From: Neovahlkampfia damariscottae
Lineage: Eukaryota
Reading direction: 5' to 3'
Assembly (NCBI GenBank): GCA_016618085.1
Contig: JABLTG010000021.1
Coordinates: 124,001-157,535 of the forward strand
Length of the DNA: 33,535 nt
The position numbers and the translations under genes were made by a program. Positions within the stretch are counted from its first letter, which is position 1; each line of letters opens with the position of its first letter. The notes below the pieces were generated by a model that was not told where the DNA came from, ran no database searches, and saw only the letters and a program-made list of their open reading frames with translations. This document shows positions 23,336-33,294 of this stretch, piece by piece.

Positions 23336-24142
23336 ATGCAAACCAAAGACAGTTCCAACAAAAAAGAAGCTACAGTTTTTCACTCTACTACATATGATCA
23401 ATATCATCAAATCAGAAAAGAGAATTCTGAGTCGTGGGACAAAATTATTTCTTATGTTAACAATTCACTTGCAAATTTTGAAAAAACTCAACAATTAAAT
23501 TATTTAAGTGTTGGTTGTGGCGATGGAGAATCTGATTTAAAAATTCTTAAAAAGTTAGGAAAAGTGAATTTTTATGGAATTGATGTTGATTCCAAACCTC
23601 TTGAAAGGTTTGAAACAGAAATCAAAAAATTGAAAAATGTTGAATTCAAATTGGTCAATAATTACTTTAATTACAGTTTTGTTGATGATTGTTTGTGTAA
23701 AGATAAGAAATTTGATTTCATTTTCTTCCTTCATGTTATTCATTTATTTCCTTCGCCCACTGAAGCAATTAAGAATGCAATTAAGTTATTAAATCCAAAT
23801 GGGTTCATTCATGTAGCAATTCATGTATATTACCCTGGTGTACCTCAATTAGTTGATGAATTATACGATGGAGTTTCGTTTGGCCAAAAAAAATTTTTCA
23901 CTGCCGAAACATTACAAGAAGAAATTAAAGATATGAATTACAAATCGGAACTATTGGGATCAAAGGTTGATGTTACAGATGCTATTGAAAAAAAAGAATC
24001 TGGATTGAATATGTTTTCTTTCATGTTGTCCATGAGAACCCCAGAAGAAAAAGATATTGAAGTATTGAAAAAGCACTCATACTTGGAAAATAATAGGTGG
24101 TATTTAAAAGAACCTGTTATGATGTTTAAAATTTATAAATAA
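23336..24142 (+). CDS. Class I SAM-dependent methyltransferase (histamine N-methyltransferase-like)
   Basis: LSVGCGDGESDLKIL, YGIDVD, KFDFIFFLHVIH and LLNPNG. Confidence 0.8.
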   Translation: MQTKDSSNKKEATVFHSTTYDQYHQIRKENSESWDKIISYVNNSLANFEKTQQLNYLSVGCGDGESDLKILKKLGKVNFYGIDVDSKPLERFETEIKKLKNVEFKLVNNYFNYSFVDDCLCKDKKFDFIFFLHVIHLFPSPTEAIKNAIKLLNPNGFIHVAIHVYYPGVPQLVDELYDGVSFGQKKFFTAETLQEEIKDMNYKSELLGSKVDVTDAIEKKESGLNMFSFMLSMRTPEEKDIEVLKKHSYLENNRWYLKEPVMMFKIYK

Positions 24143-24386
24143 AGCATAAAAGTTTTCAATTGGACCAATTATTAATTTCTTGAATATGTTTTCTGTTAAT
24201 TTGTGAGTTTTTCCAACTGCAATTTGATATGCACGATCAAATTGATCCATAAAATCTAAAACTAGTTGATTTTTTACAGTGGGAATAACAAGTTCTCTTT
24301 GATTCAGTTTTGAGCAATAATTTAAATATTCTTCCCAATTTCCAATTGGTTAAATTTACATCTATTGTGTGAGTCATAGAAAAGGT

Positions 24387-27300
24387 TCATTCGTTATTAT
24401 TTATATTTTTTGTCAAAATCAATAGCAGCTCTTGGTGCACAACGGAAACATTGTTGTCCGAAGAAAATCTCAAAAAAGGATCAGCCATTGTAGCTTTTAA
24501 TTCTCCACGAACTTTTTTGAACAATTTATCAGAGAATTCACCTTTTGATATCATTTCATCATATTTCGTCAAAAAGTCTCGATTTCCTTGTCCTGAAATA
24601 TTCACTTCTAAATCAGATTTTGATGTGAAATATTCTGAAATTTCTTCTGCTTTGTCAAATTTTTCTTGGTGAGTTTTCGAAGCAGTGAACAATTCAATAT
24701 CTTCAAGACATAATATTATCTCAATACAATCATCAATTCTTGAATGTTCACGAAAAAAGTCTCTATAAAATTCATTGATGAAATAATTAGCTTTGATATC
24801 TTCAAGAATCTCTGATTTACTGAGAAATTCTCTCTCATTTTTATCAGCAAAATAATCTTTAAAAAATGAATTCAGAGTTGTCTCTTCTGAAGGTGATATT
24901 AGAGAATTTATCATTTGAATCAATATGTCCCCATGAATTTCTATTTGCTGAATTGCTTCAATAAACTTTGAAGTCGAAACATCATCCAATACTCTCAAGA
25001 ATCTTATTTGAGCAAAAATACTCCCAATATTTTGAAGCTGATGACCTGATGAGGTTGTTTGATGATCAAAATAAAATCCAGGATCAATAACGACTGATTG
25101 ATTTTCTAAAATGTAAATATTTGATGAACATATATTTTCACATTTAATTGATCTCAAATTCAAGTTAAATATACCCAGAAAGATTTTTTTGCATAAGGAC
25201 AAAGGATTTTCAGAAACTTCTTTTGAAGCAACATCAATCAAATCTTTCAGTGATCTCTTTGGATCAATTTTTGATGTAACTATAAACATTTCAAAATATC
25301 CATTCTTTTTCGATTTTTGAACTATCAAATCAATTAAATGAATCAAATTCCTATGATTTGAGTTCATATTTAAATATTTTATCGCCACATTTTGCAGAAC
25401 ATGAAAATATTTCGAAGTGAATCTTTTACCTGAAAATAACTCATTTGTCAATTTGCTCTTCAATTCCACCAATCCAGTTGATTCATTTTTATGAATAATT
25501 TCAAAATGATCCTCTAAAATTCGATCATCAAGTTGATCAATGAAATTGGATAACTTTTGATTCTTCTGTATTTTAAACAGAATGTACATCAAATCTTTCA
25601 CTTCTTGCGGTTTAACTACAGAATAAAGTTTCAAATACTTGGAATTTAGAAACCTTGGGAAATACTCATCCCTCAGTATTTTCTTCACATAATCAAATAA
25701 TACTTCATAATTTCCAATTGTTTTTTCTTTCTTTTTGTTGAAAGTAATGATTTCGTTTCTTTTTGTTTCATTGTGAAGATGATTTTCGCAAAATGAGATC
25801 AAATCATTCACAACTTCTTTTGGATTGGTTTGATATTTTTGAAAATTGTTCCAACAAGCGATATAATGATGTCCTTTACAATCAATAACAAAATTTGAAA
25901 AGAGTTTGAATACAAATTTATCTTCTGTAACTTTATCAAAAGGAGCTTTCGTGAAATGATTCTTATAACTTTCAAATTCTTTTGATTCAAATTGGGAGAG
26001 CAATTTATCATAAATCTATTAACAAGTTAAAAATTATATTTTGAATTACAATGTTAAACCCGTTTTCAATTGATTTTTCGTCGTATTTTGGTGTGAATTT
26101 TGATAAACTTGAAATATGATATTTTCCTTCTTTTGAAAAGAATAGTCTCTTGAAAAAAGCAGGTATTACTATTGCTCTTTCACTAATACTTTTTTCGTTG
26201 ATGTATTCTTGATACTTTTCATAGTATTTTACGTGTGCATATAGGTTCTTTTCTTTGAGGAACAAAATGAACAAATCTACCAATATTTTGTCATCAAAAA
26301 TATCTATTTTCTTCATGTCGTTGATTGAATCCATTGATTTGTTCAAGAATTTTCTTGGTGAAAAAACAGTTGGTGAATCACCTATTGTAGTCATTGCATG
26401 GAACGCTTTGTTTGCAATTACACTACCAGTTTTAAAACTCATAGTTTTAGCATGTCTCTCAAGATTTTTTGAAGAAACATTCCTGTTTTTTAATTGTTTC
26501 CCTTTGAATGATTTTACTTGTTTTTCAAGATTTCGAATTGATAATTCAGATTCAATTTTGAAAGCTAATGAAAGATAAAACTCTGAGGGATATTTTGTTT
26601 TGGCAGATATTTCTACACCTCCTTTTATTTTGGTAATTTTTGAGTCAATGCACTTTAATATCTTATTGCACATTTCAATTTCACTTTGATGCAAATCTGA
26701 TACTTCTGTTGATTTCGACATTGAAATCAGAATTTCTTTCAAATTTCTTAACTCTTTAGTGTAATTCAAATAAGGAGTTAAATTTTTTGTGAATTCTTGA
26801 GTGATGTATCTTTTTGATATTATTTCATTATTGTCATTTCTAAAGAAGAAATCAGAATCTTTGATAAATTGAATGGCCTTTTCTATCTCAAATATTTCAG
26901 GAATTGTTGAACGAAAGTAATCACACTCCGATACAATATTTTCAACATCAGATTTTACCAAACAATAAACCAATATCTGTTGTGTAAAATCTTTTTTGAT
27001 TTCTTCAATTGATTGTAAAATCATTGTTAAATGGTATTTTTTTTCAGATAGTCTCAAAATTAATTTATCCTTTTCGAATGTATTCAACTTTTTAATTATG
27101 CCATCAAAATGCTCCAGTGGAATATTTGATAATTCCAAATTCAATTCTTGTGGTGTTATTTCTTTGAGAATCGAAATTTTGTTTGTGACCAATACTTCTT
27201 CATTTTGAAATTCTTCATTAATTAAAGGCATCAAAATGGAATATAATTGAGATAAAATGGCATCATAGATCTCTTCGTTCACTAAACTCTGCTTTTCTTC

Positions 27301-29220
27301 AGTATTTGTTACTGACCAATTATCATCATTCTTTTGAACATTAATGATTGAATAAAAATGATTCATTCCAAAATCAATGAAAGATTCAACATCTTTCATC
27401 AGTTCGATCTTGAAATTTTTGATTTTATGTTTTTCTTTTTGATCAATCATCCAAATCAAATATTTCTTGAATATTTCAAAAATCTGATTTTCGATAAACA
27501 TACTTTGAATCATTTTTTTCACAATAATTCTATGATCTTCATCAAATTCCTTTTTCATTTTAAGTCCTTGTTGAAGATCATTTACTTTTTCAAGAAGATC
27601 ACTTGAAAACATGAATGCATAATCTATCATTCCTGGAGTAAATAATTTTGAAATGTCTATTCTTGCTTCGAATGGATTGTGATCTATTCTTACACCAGAA
27701 TCTAAATTTTAGTATGAATTTTATAACCTTACAGTTTTTTTTTGCATCGACATTGTATTCTCCTTCCAAAATCAAATTGTCAACTTTGATAGTTCCTCGA
27801 GGTATTTTTTTCTCATTTAGAAAATCACCTTTGAAATAACTTCCATCTGAAAAATGGACAATTCCACTTCTAATGCCACTTTTATCTTTTACCCAAAAAT
27901 ATTGATATTCTGATGTGACTTCAACTCCAGAACGAAGATTGTCAAAATAAAAGACATCTCTTTCTGGAATGTTCAAAATATTTTTTAAACTTAAATGTAC
28001 CTCTTCAATGAGAACATCAAATACTTGAAATGGATATTGTAATCTCTTTGCAATCCATTGAGTCAATTCAATGGTGTTTGATCCAAATGATTCAAAATGA
28101 ACATCAAATAAATGAGGACATTGAATTTGATTGTGAATTATATTTACTTTTTGTTGTAAATATGTTTTACATTGTTCTTGAACATCAATTTCATTTTCAT
28201 AAATTTTGAATTTTGGTGATGAGTTGGTGCAATCAATCAAACAAAATAAAAACTCTTCATTCTCAGACAATTTTGATAAAATGTCTTTTAAGTACCATTT
28301 CTTATTTCCAACTTGATAAAAACTTGTTAATGGTTTGACATTGTAATTTAAAGATCTAGTTTGATCAAGATTATTCGTCAAATAAATATCCAAAAATAGC
28401 AAATTGTAAAAATTGATAAAAAAAGGGATAAATGATCCCTTTGGAAGCAGTTGTAAATTTAGAGCACTGATTTGAGATGTCTTTTCTTTGAAGTATTCCC
28501 ATTGTTTGTTTTTTTTATCTGCAAACAAAGCAGTTTTGTTGAAAAGTTTCTTATTTTCATTTTCAACCTTTTCTTCTTTCCAAAATTTATCGTTTTGTAA
28601 AGTATCCATTAAAAAATACAAAATTTCTTTCACAACTTTCATTGGATTTTCAGCACTATATCCAAAGGCTAAAAAATGAAATTTGAAATTTTATGCTTTT
28701 TTTTACCTTTATTCAAAGGATCACCTTCTCTGTGTATATAATTGAAAGCTTCAAATCCATGATATCGCATCAGAAAGGGCAGCATTGTTTCTACATCCAA
28801 TTTCAACTTGCTATAAAAAATTTTTAAATTCCTTTTCACATCCAGCAACAGATCATGATATTTCATATATTCATCACCATTTCGTTCAATAATTTTTTTG
28901 AATGAAGAGTGTTTTTTTACCTCTGAATTCAAAACTTCTTTAATTCTTTGTTTTTCATTTTCCGAAACTTTTTCTTCAACTTTTTCAAGTTTCAATAAAT
29001 CCAAGAAGGCAACATTTTCGAAATATACTTTCATTAAAGAAGGACAGTTTTTTATGAAGACAGATTTTCCTATTGGTGTTTCAAAAAATTGTTGAAATGT
29101 TATTCGTAATGAGTAATTTTTTGCATTTGAAGCAAGTTGAACAATATCTCTTGGTTCTTCTTTAGACAGCAATGAGGTTTTATTTTCAAAGAAACTGACT
29201 CTACGTCCAATGAAGCTCAT
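24387..29220 (-). CDS. ~1576-aa multidomain signalling protein: RGS-like, DUF547-like, MORN-like, VPS9-like, RGS, pseudokinase, RGS; introns 28669-28706, 27702-27732, 26016-26049
   Basis: Four ORFs join in frame through three GT-AG introns. DUF547 FFINFYNL..FCLIDCTNSSP, MORN SGIVHFSDGSYFKGDF, RGS EDIELF..YFTSKSDLEVNIS..DPFLRF, and kinase remnants HRNLIHL, ICSSNIYI, IDPG. Confidence 0.75.
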
Positions 29221-29324
29221 ACCTAAATGGAACTGAGTCAACCAATCAAATTTCGATTCTAATTCCAATTCCCATTTTTGAATTTTTTTGAAATTCTCTT
29301 GTTTTTATGAAATTGCGTAAATTT

Positions 29325-30284
29325 TTATTGTTTCATTATTTTTAAGACTCTATCTATTTCAAATTTATCAGTTGCCAAGTTCACTTGGAAATTCGAAATT
29401 TTTGTTGGATGTATCTTCACTGTCTTTTTTTTCAAATTGGATTCGTCAATGTCAACTTCAATTAAACAACCTAAATCATTTCTATATTCATCATCTATTG
29501 CATAATCATCAACAAAATCACCTAATGAATATAGAATTATCCCTTGGTTGTACAATTCAATTCTTTGAACATGATGAGCACTGTGTCCATGAATAATATC
29601 GACACCAGCATCTATCAAAGCATGTGCTAATTTTTGAATTTTCATTGATGGTTCCCATGAGTAATTTGGACCCCAATGAATGGAGAATATTATGATATCA
29701 TTTTGTTGTTTTGATTTTGAAACTATGTCAATAACTTCAGAAAAATTTTCATTTTCAATATCAATTATCCATATCCCTTCTTCATTTTTGTATCTCGGGA
29801 TTCTCTTTCCAGCATCCCAAATGAATTCATGATCTGCTGCACTGAAACATTTGATATTCACATTTGAATTGGGAACAGAATAGGATACGAATTTTTGAGC
29901 TTCCTTTCTATTCATTCCACATCCACAATGAGATATATTGAGAGAATCTAACACTTTCATCGTTTCAATCATTCCTTTCACTCCAAAATCCAAAATGTGG
30001 TTATTCGCTAAAGAGACATGTTTCACGTTAGATTCAAGCAAATGTGGACAGAAAAATGGGTGCAATTTGAAATTAAAAACTTTGTTCGGCCATTTATCTT
30101 CAGATTTCGTGATGGAAGTTTCTAGGTTCATTATGAAAAAATCTGAATTTTTTGTTCTTTCTGTTGTGTTTCCCCAAATGTTGTAGCTAAAATTTAATTT
30201 TTGATTATATTACTTTTGGTTATTATGAAAAACATTGTTGAAAAGCCTTCCGATCATGGCATCTCCTGCTAAAGTGATTTTCAT
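29325..30284 (-). CDS. CapA/PgsA (PGA_cap) family metallophosphoesterase; intron ~30187-30213
   Basis: AGDAMIGR, NLETSIT, VSLANNHILDFG, SIHWGPN, HGHSAHHVQ and YSLGDFVDDYA. Confidence 0.9.
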
Positions 30285-30590
30285 CTTTTTTTGGTTTTTT
30301 CTATTGATTGGTCTGAAAACAAGATCTATCAAATCAAATTCTTGCAGTTCAAAATGAAAATTTTTACATTCTCGAGACAGTTTTTCACCTAGCAGACTTT
30401 GACATTCAGAATGGATCTTAAAAATGAACTCAAAATTGAAGTAGGTGTGTGGCGGGAAGTTGTGAATAAATAAATTTATTTACAAAACAACGGAAATTCA
30501 AAACCTGACGGTTTCTCTTCCAGCTTCGCCTTGAGCAATTTAATAACTCCAATCTAATTGAAACATTTAATTTATTACTTTAAATTACAA

Positions 30591-30653
30591 TTACCATTTT
30601 ACCATTTAAATTATAACAAAAAGGAATAAGATAAGGAACTGGTAAAATGGTAA
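30591..30653. repeat. Perfect 14-bp inverted repeat TTACCATTTTACCA (30591-30604) / TGGTAAAATGGTAA (30640-30653; again at 30772-30785)
   Basis: Read directly from the sequence. Confidence 0.9.
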
Positions 30654-30889
30654 GGTGGTTTTTGGAATTTTATAAAACTTTTAAAAACTGGTCAATTATA
30701 CAGGGAAGGATTAAGTGGTCCGACCACCTGACCAAATGACCGGACAATAAAAACTGGTAAAATAAAATTCGTGGTAAAATGGTAAGGTGGTTTTAGGAAA
30801 ATCTGAAACTTTTAAAAAATGGTCAATTTTACAGGGAAGGATTTTAAGAGCTGACCAACCTACCAGATGACCCGACAATAAAAACTGGT
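30640..30889 (+). repeat. Two imperfect direct repeats of ~119 bp (30640-30758, 30772-30889), period ~131-132
   Basis: Shared blocks TGGTAAAATGGTAAGGTGGTTTT, AAACTTTTAAAAA, TGGTCAATT, TACAGGGAAGGATT and GACAATAAAAACTGGT. Confidence 0.92.
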
Positions 30890-31294
30890 CACTGAATGTC
30901 AGCAACAATTACTGGGGCGTGGCACAATATAATGGTAATTTTGGAAGCGAAGGCGAACAAAATTTTTCATCAAAATGGAGGCGCTTGCGACGAAGTTTTC
31001 CGTTTCCTCCTCGTAGAGGTGGTAAAAAGCAATATTATTGACAGTAAATAAAATTTTATTTATGGTGTAAAAAGTCTAGTGCTACAACGATTTGTTGGTT
31101 GAGAATTATCTGTTGTTGAGTTGCTACTGTCATTATTACCATCATTACCATCATAATTGTTGTTTGTTTCTGAGTGTTCACTTTGTTTGTTTTTGTATAA
31201 ACTCAATAAAAATTAGAATTTTCACCAAAAATTATGACCAATCATCGACATAATTTTATCGACCAATAACACAATTGGTTTATTTTGATTGAGC

Positions 31295-31681
31295 ATGGAA
31301 AAAAAACAAGAACAAGAACAAGGAAAAATTGAGATAGATGGAATTCCTGAAGAGTTAAAGGTTATGTTTAATGACATTTTAAAAGAGGTGGAAGAATCTG
31401 GTTTCAGGAAAAAATGGTTGTTCTCTTCACTTTTTGAGATTATTCTTGGTAGTTTATACAAAAAGATGAAGACAAAGTATGAAAACAACAAAAATCGCGA
31501 CCAAGATGGAAGAATTTTTATTTTGAGGAAAACAGACAACACCTACATTTATAAAGAACATTTTATTTTTGGTTATGGAAAAGAAGATAATTGTTTGGAT
31601 TATGATGAACTTTGCAAAAAACAAGATGATTTCTTAGATCAAATGCAAAAAATATTAAAATCAAAAGATGGAAAATACTGA
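31295..31681 (+). CDS. Hypothetical protein (128 aa), unknown function
   Basis: Open frame with ATG at 31295, preceded by CCAAT/ATTGG at 31238, 31263 and 31274. Its 3' end collides with the MCP gene. Confidence 0.6.
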   Translation: MEKKQEQEQGKIEIDGIPEELKVMFNDILKEVEESGFRKKWLFSSLFEIILGSLYKKMKTKYENNKNRDQDGRIFILRKTDNTYIYKEHFIFGYGKEDNCLDYDELCKKQDDFLDQMQKILKSKDGKY

Positions 31682-33223
31682 ATACAGATAAGAGAGAGCC
31701 TCCAGAAATGCGACCACCGTATTTATTATCCTGATATTTTTCAGGATAAACTGTATCATAATCTTTTTGCAAACTTTCAACAACATCATCAGATGACAAT
31801 ACAGATAATTGTTTGATGGCTGAAGAATTTTTAATTATTGTGCATGCTCCTTCATAAATGAGTGCAGTGTTCAATTGAAATTTTCTATTTACTGTATCAT
31901 TTGGTAATCGTTTAAAAGTTACTTTAAAACTGAGTTGTGGATTAGCTAAAGAGCCCGGAGCCATTTGCTCAGAAAGAGGGATATCTTCACCGAAGTTGAG
32001 TGATAAATAGGATCCGACCCATTTTACGGTTTGTGAATAAGACAAACCCGATAATCCATTTTTTTTAGAAATTTCAAAAAGATCACGTTTATCAGCTCCA
32101 CTTAAAATACCTTGTTTGTTTGCAAATGTTATTGATATATTCTCAATAATTGCTTTGCTGTTATCTGTTTTGTTTAATTTTGCGGAAGTCATACCAATTA
32201 CATCTTCTCTTAATTCAGAAATCCATACAATCATTTACGAGGAATTCCAGAAAGATTGACAGCGTTGAAATTTATTATATAATCATTATCATCAGCAATT
32301 GCAGCGCTTGGACCAGCTTGAGGATAAAAATCAACATAATGGTATGGATAAACAACTGAATTTGGTATGTCTTGAAGTAATTTTGGTGTTGAATATGCAA
32401 AATGAAGTTCAAATTCTTGCATTGATGGTCTCATATTTGTATAAGTAACCCCATTCGTAAGTTTAGCACAAACCATTCTTTCATAGTTAGCAAATGTTGC
32501 TGAATATTTCATATCTTTTACTCCCACAAGTGCATATTCTGAATAATACATTGGAGAAATACGAATAGGTTCCATCACTGTAAATTCAATATATCTATCA
32601 CCATTTGTACCATTACCCAACGCTCCATATGCTCCTGAATAATCAACATCAGCAAAAGCATATCTACTTTCCCCAATTTGTGACCCACCATAACCACTAA
32701 ATGGATCTTTATTTGTAAGAGTTCCAAGGTCATAACTATAAAATTCATCAAGTTGGTTAGGTGTTAATGTATATTCATTTACTTTATCATCCACTGAATT
32801 TGCAAAACGATGCATTGCATCACTTACATCTGCAACATTTGAAACAGAAAATGAATTTCCATTGATTTTTAGTTCTTCTGTTTGTAAGATGTTGTCCAAT
32901 GGGTTAGATCTTAGTATGATCTTAGATGATGTGGCATCTGCAACTACGTAAGCTGCTCCAGAAGCATTTGCAACATTAAAAGTAAGTCTAATTTTTGCTC
33001 GTTTCCACGCTATCGGATGTATTAATGTATCTGATGATGGAGGAAGACAATTTATATTTATATTGCTTGTTGATAAATTATTTGCTGAGTGAATAGTTCT
33101 ACTATAGTCTGTATTACCGTGTAAAACTGAAAATTCACGCTCTGATTTTAAATCCATATATTTTGGAATTGCATTTGATAATTTCATCGGAATTGCCGAT
33201 AGAGACGCTTGACCTGAGGACAT
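31563..33223 (-). CDS. Virophage (Sputnik-type) double jelly-roll major capsid protein, split by a 1-nt frameshift at ~32234, C-terminal tail apparently replaced
   Basis: Collinear matches to Sputnik MCP motifs as recalled: SAIP, ExxxxVxxG, CxPPSxxTxx, INGxxxxx, TPxLxxxIPxxxxYPY, NxVxLxxIPRK, NxQGILSGA, LxxGxDxxL, YxGxxxI, VxSxxxV and YGG. Confidence 0.9.
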
Positions 33224-33294
33224 ATTTTTGTTATAATATATTCAAAGAAAATAATTTTTTGTGAATATAATAAATATCTATACTATTATATATA
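33224..33294. promoter_or_regulatory. AT-rich divergent promoter with late-promoter-like motifs
   Basis: Plus strand AATAAATA-TCT-ATAC-TATTA-TATATA-ATG and minus strand AATTATTT-TCT-TTGA-ATATA-TTATAA..ATG. No CCAAT box. Confidence 0.55.

Noticed and set aside
24158..24345. ~56-codon minus-strand open stretch (NWEEYLNYCSKLNQRELVIP..)
   Set aside because: No ATG or convincing splice link, and no recognisable family. It could be a relic or an extra exon but cannot be supported.
3480..30186. Numerous 60-110 aa F/S/L-rich ORFs in the track (e.g. 3480, 4224, 5553, 9408, 14943, 24451, 26255, 29938)
   Set aside because: Antisense or alternate-frame shadows of real K/E-rich genes, mostly with TTG/GTG starts that a eukaryote would not normally use.
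30441..30465. GTAGGTGTGTGGCGGGAAGTTGTGA resembles sequence near the human adenovirus left end and contains an E2F-like site
   Set aside because: Short, gapped, recalled from memory and most likely chance.
30640..30889. CRISPR-like array
   Set aside because: Only two long imperfect units with similar intervening sequence, no unique spacers, no cas genes, and a eukaryotic context.
30711..30908. 65-aa minus-strand ORF
   Set aside because: Lies within the repeat block, has a non-ATG start and no protein-like features.
31222..31542. 106-aa minus-strand ORF
   Set aside because: Antisense shadow of ORF 31295-31681.
32225..32245. Intron or programmed ribosomal frameshift explaining the MCP split
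   Set aside because: Homology is contiguous across the site, leaving no room for an intron, and there is no canonical slippery heptamer.
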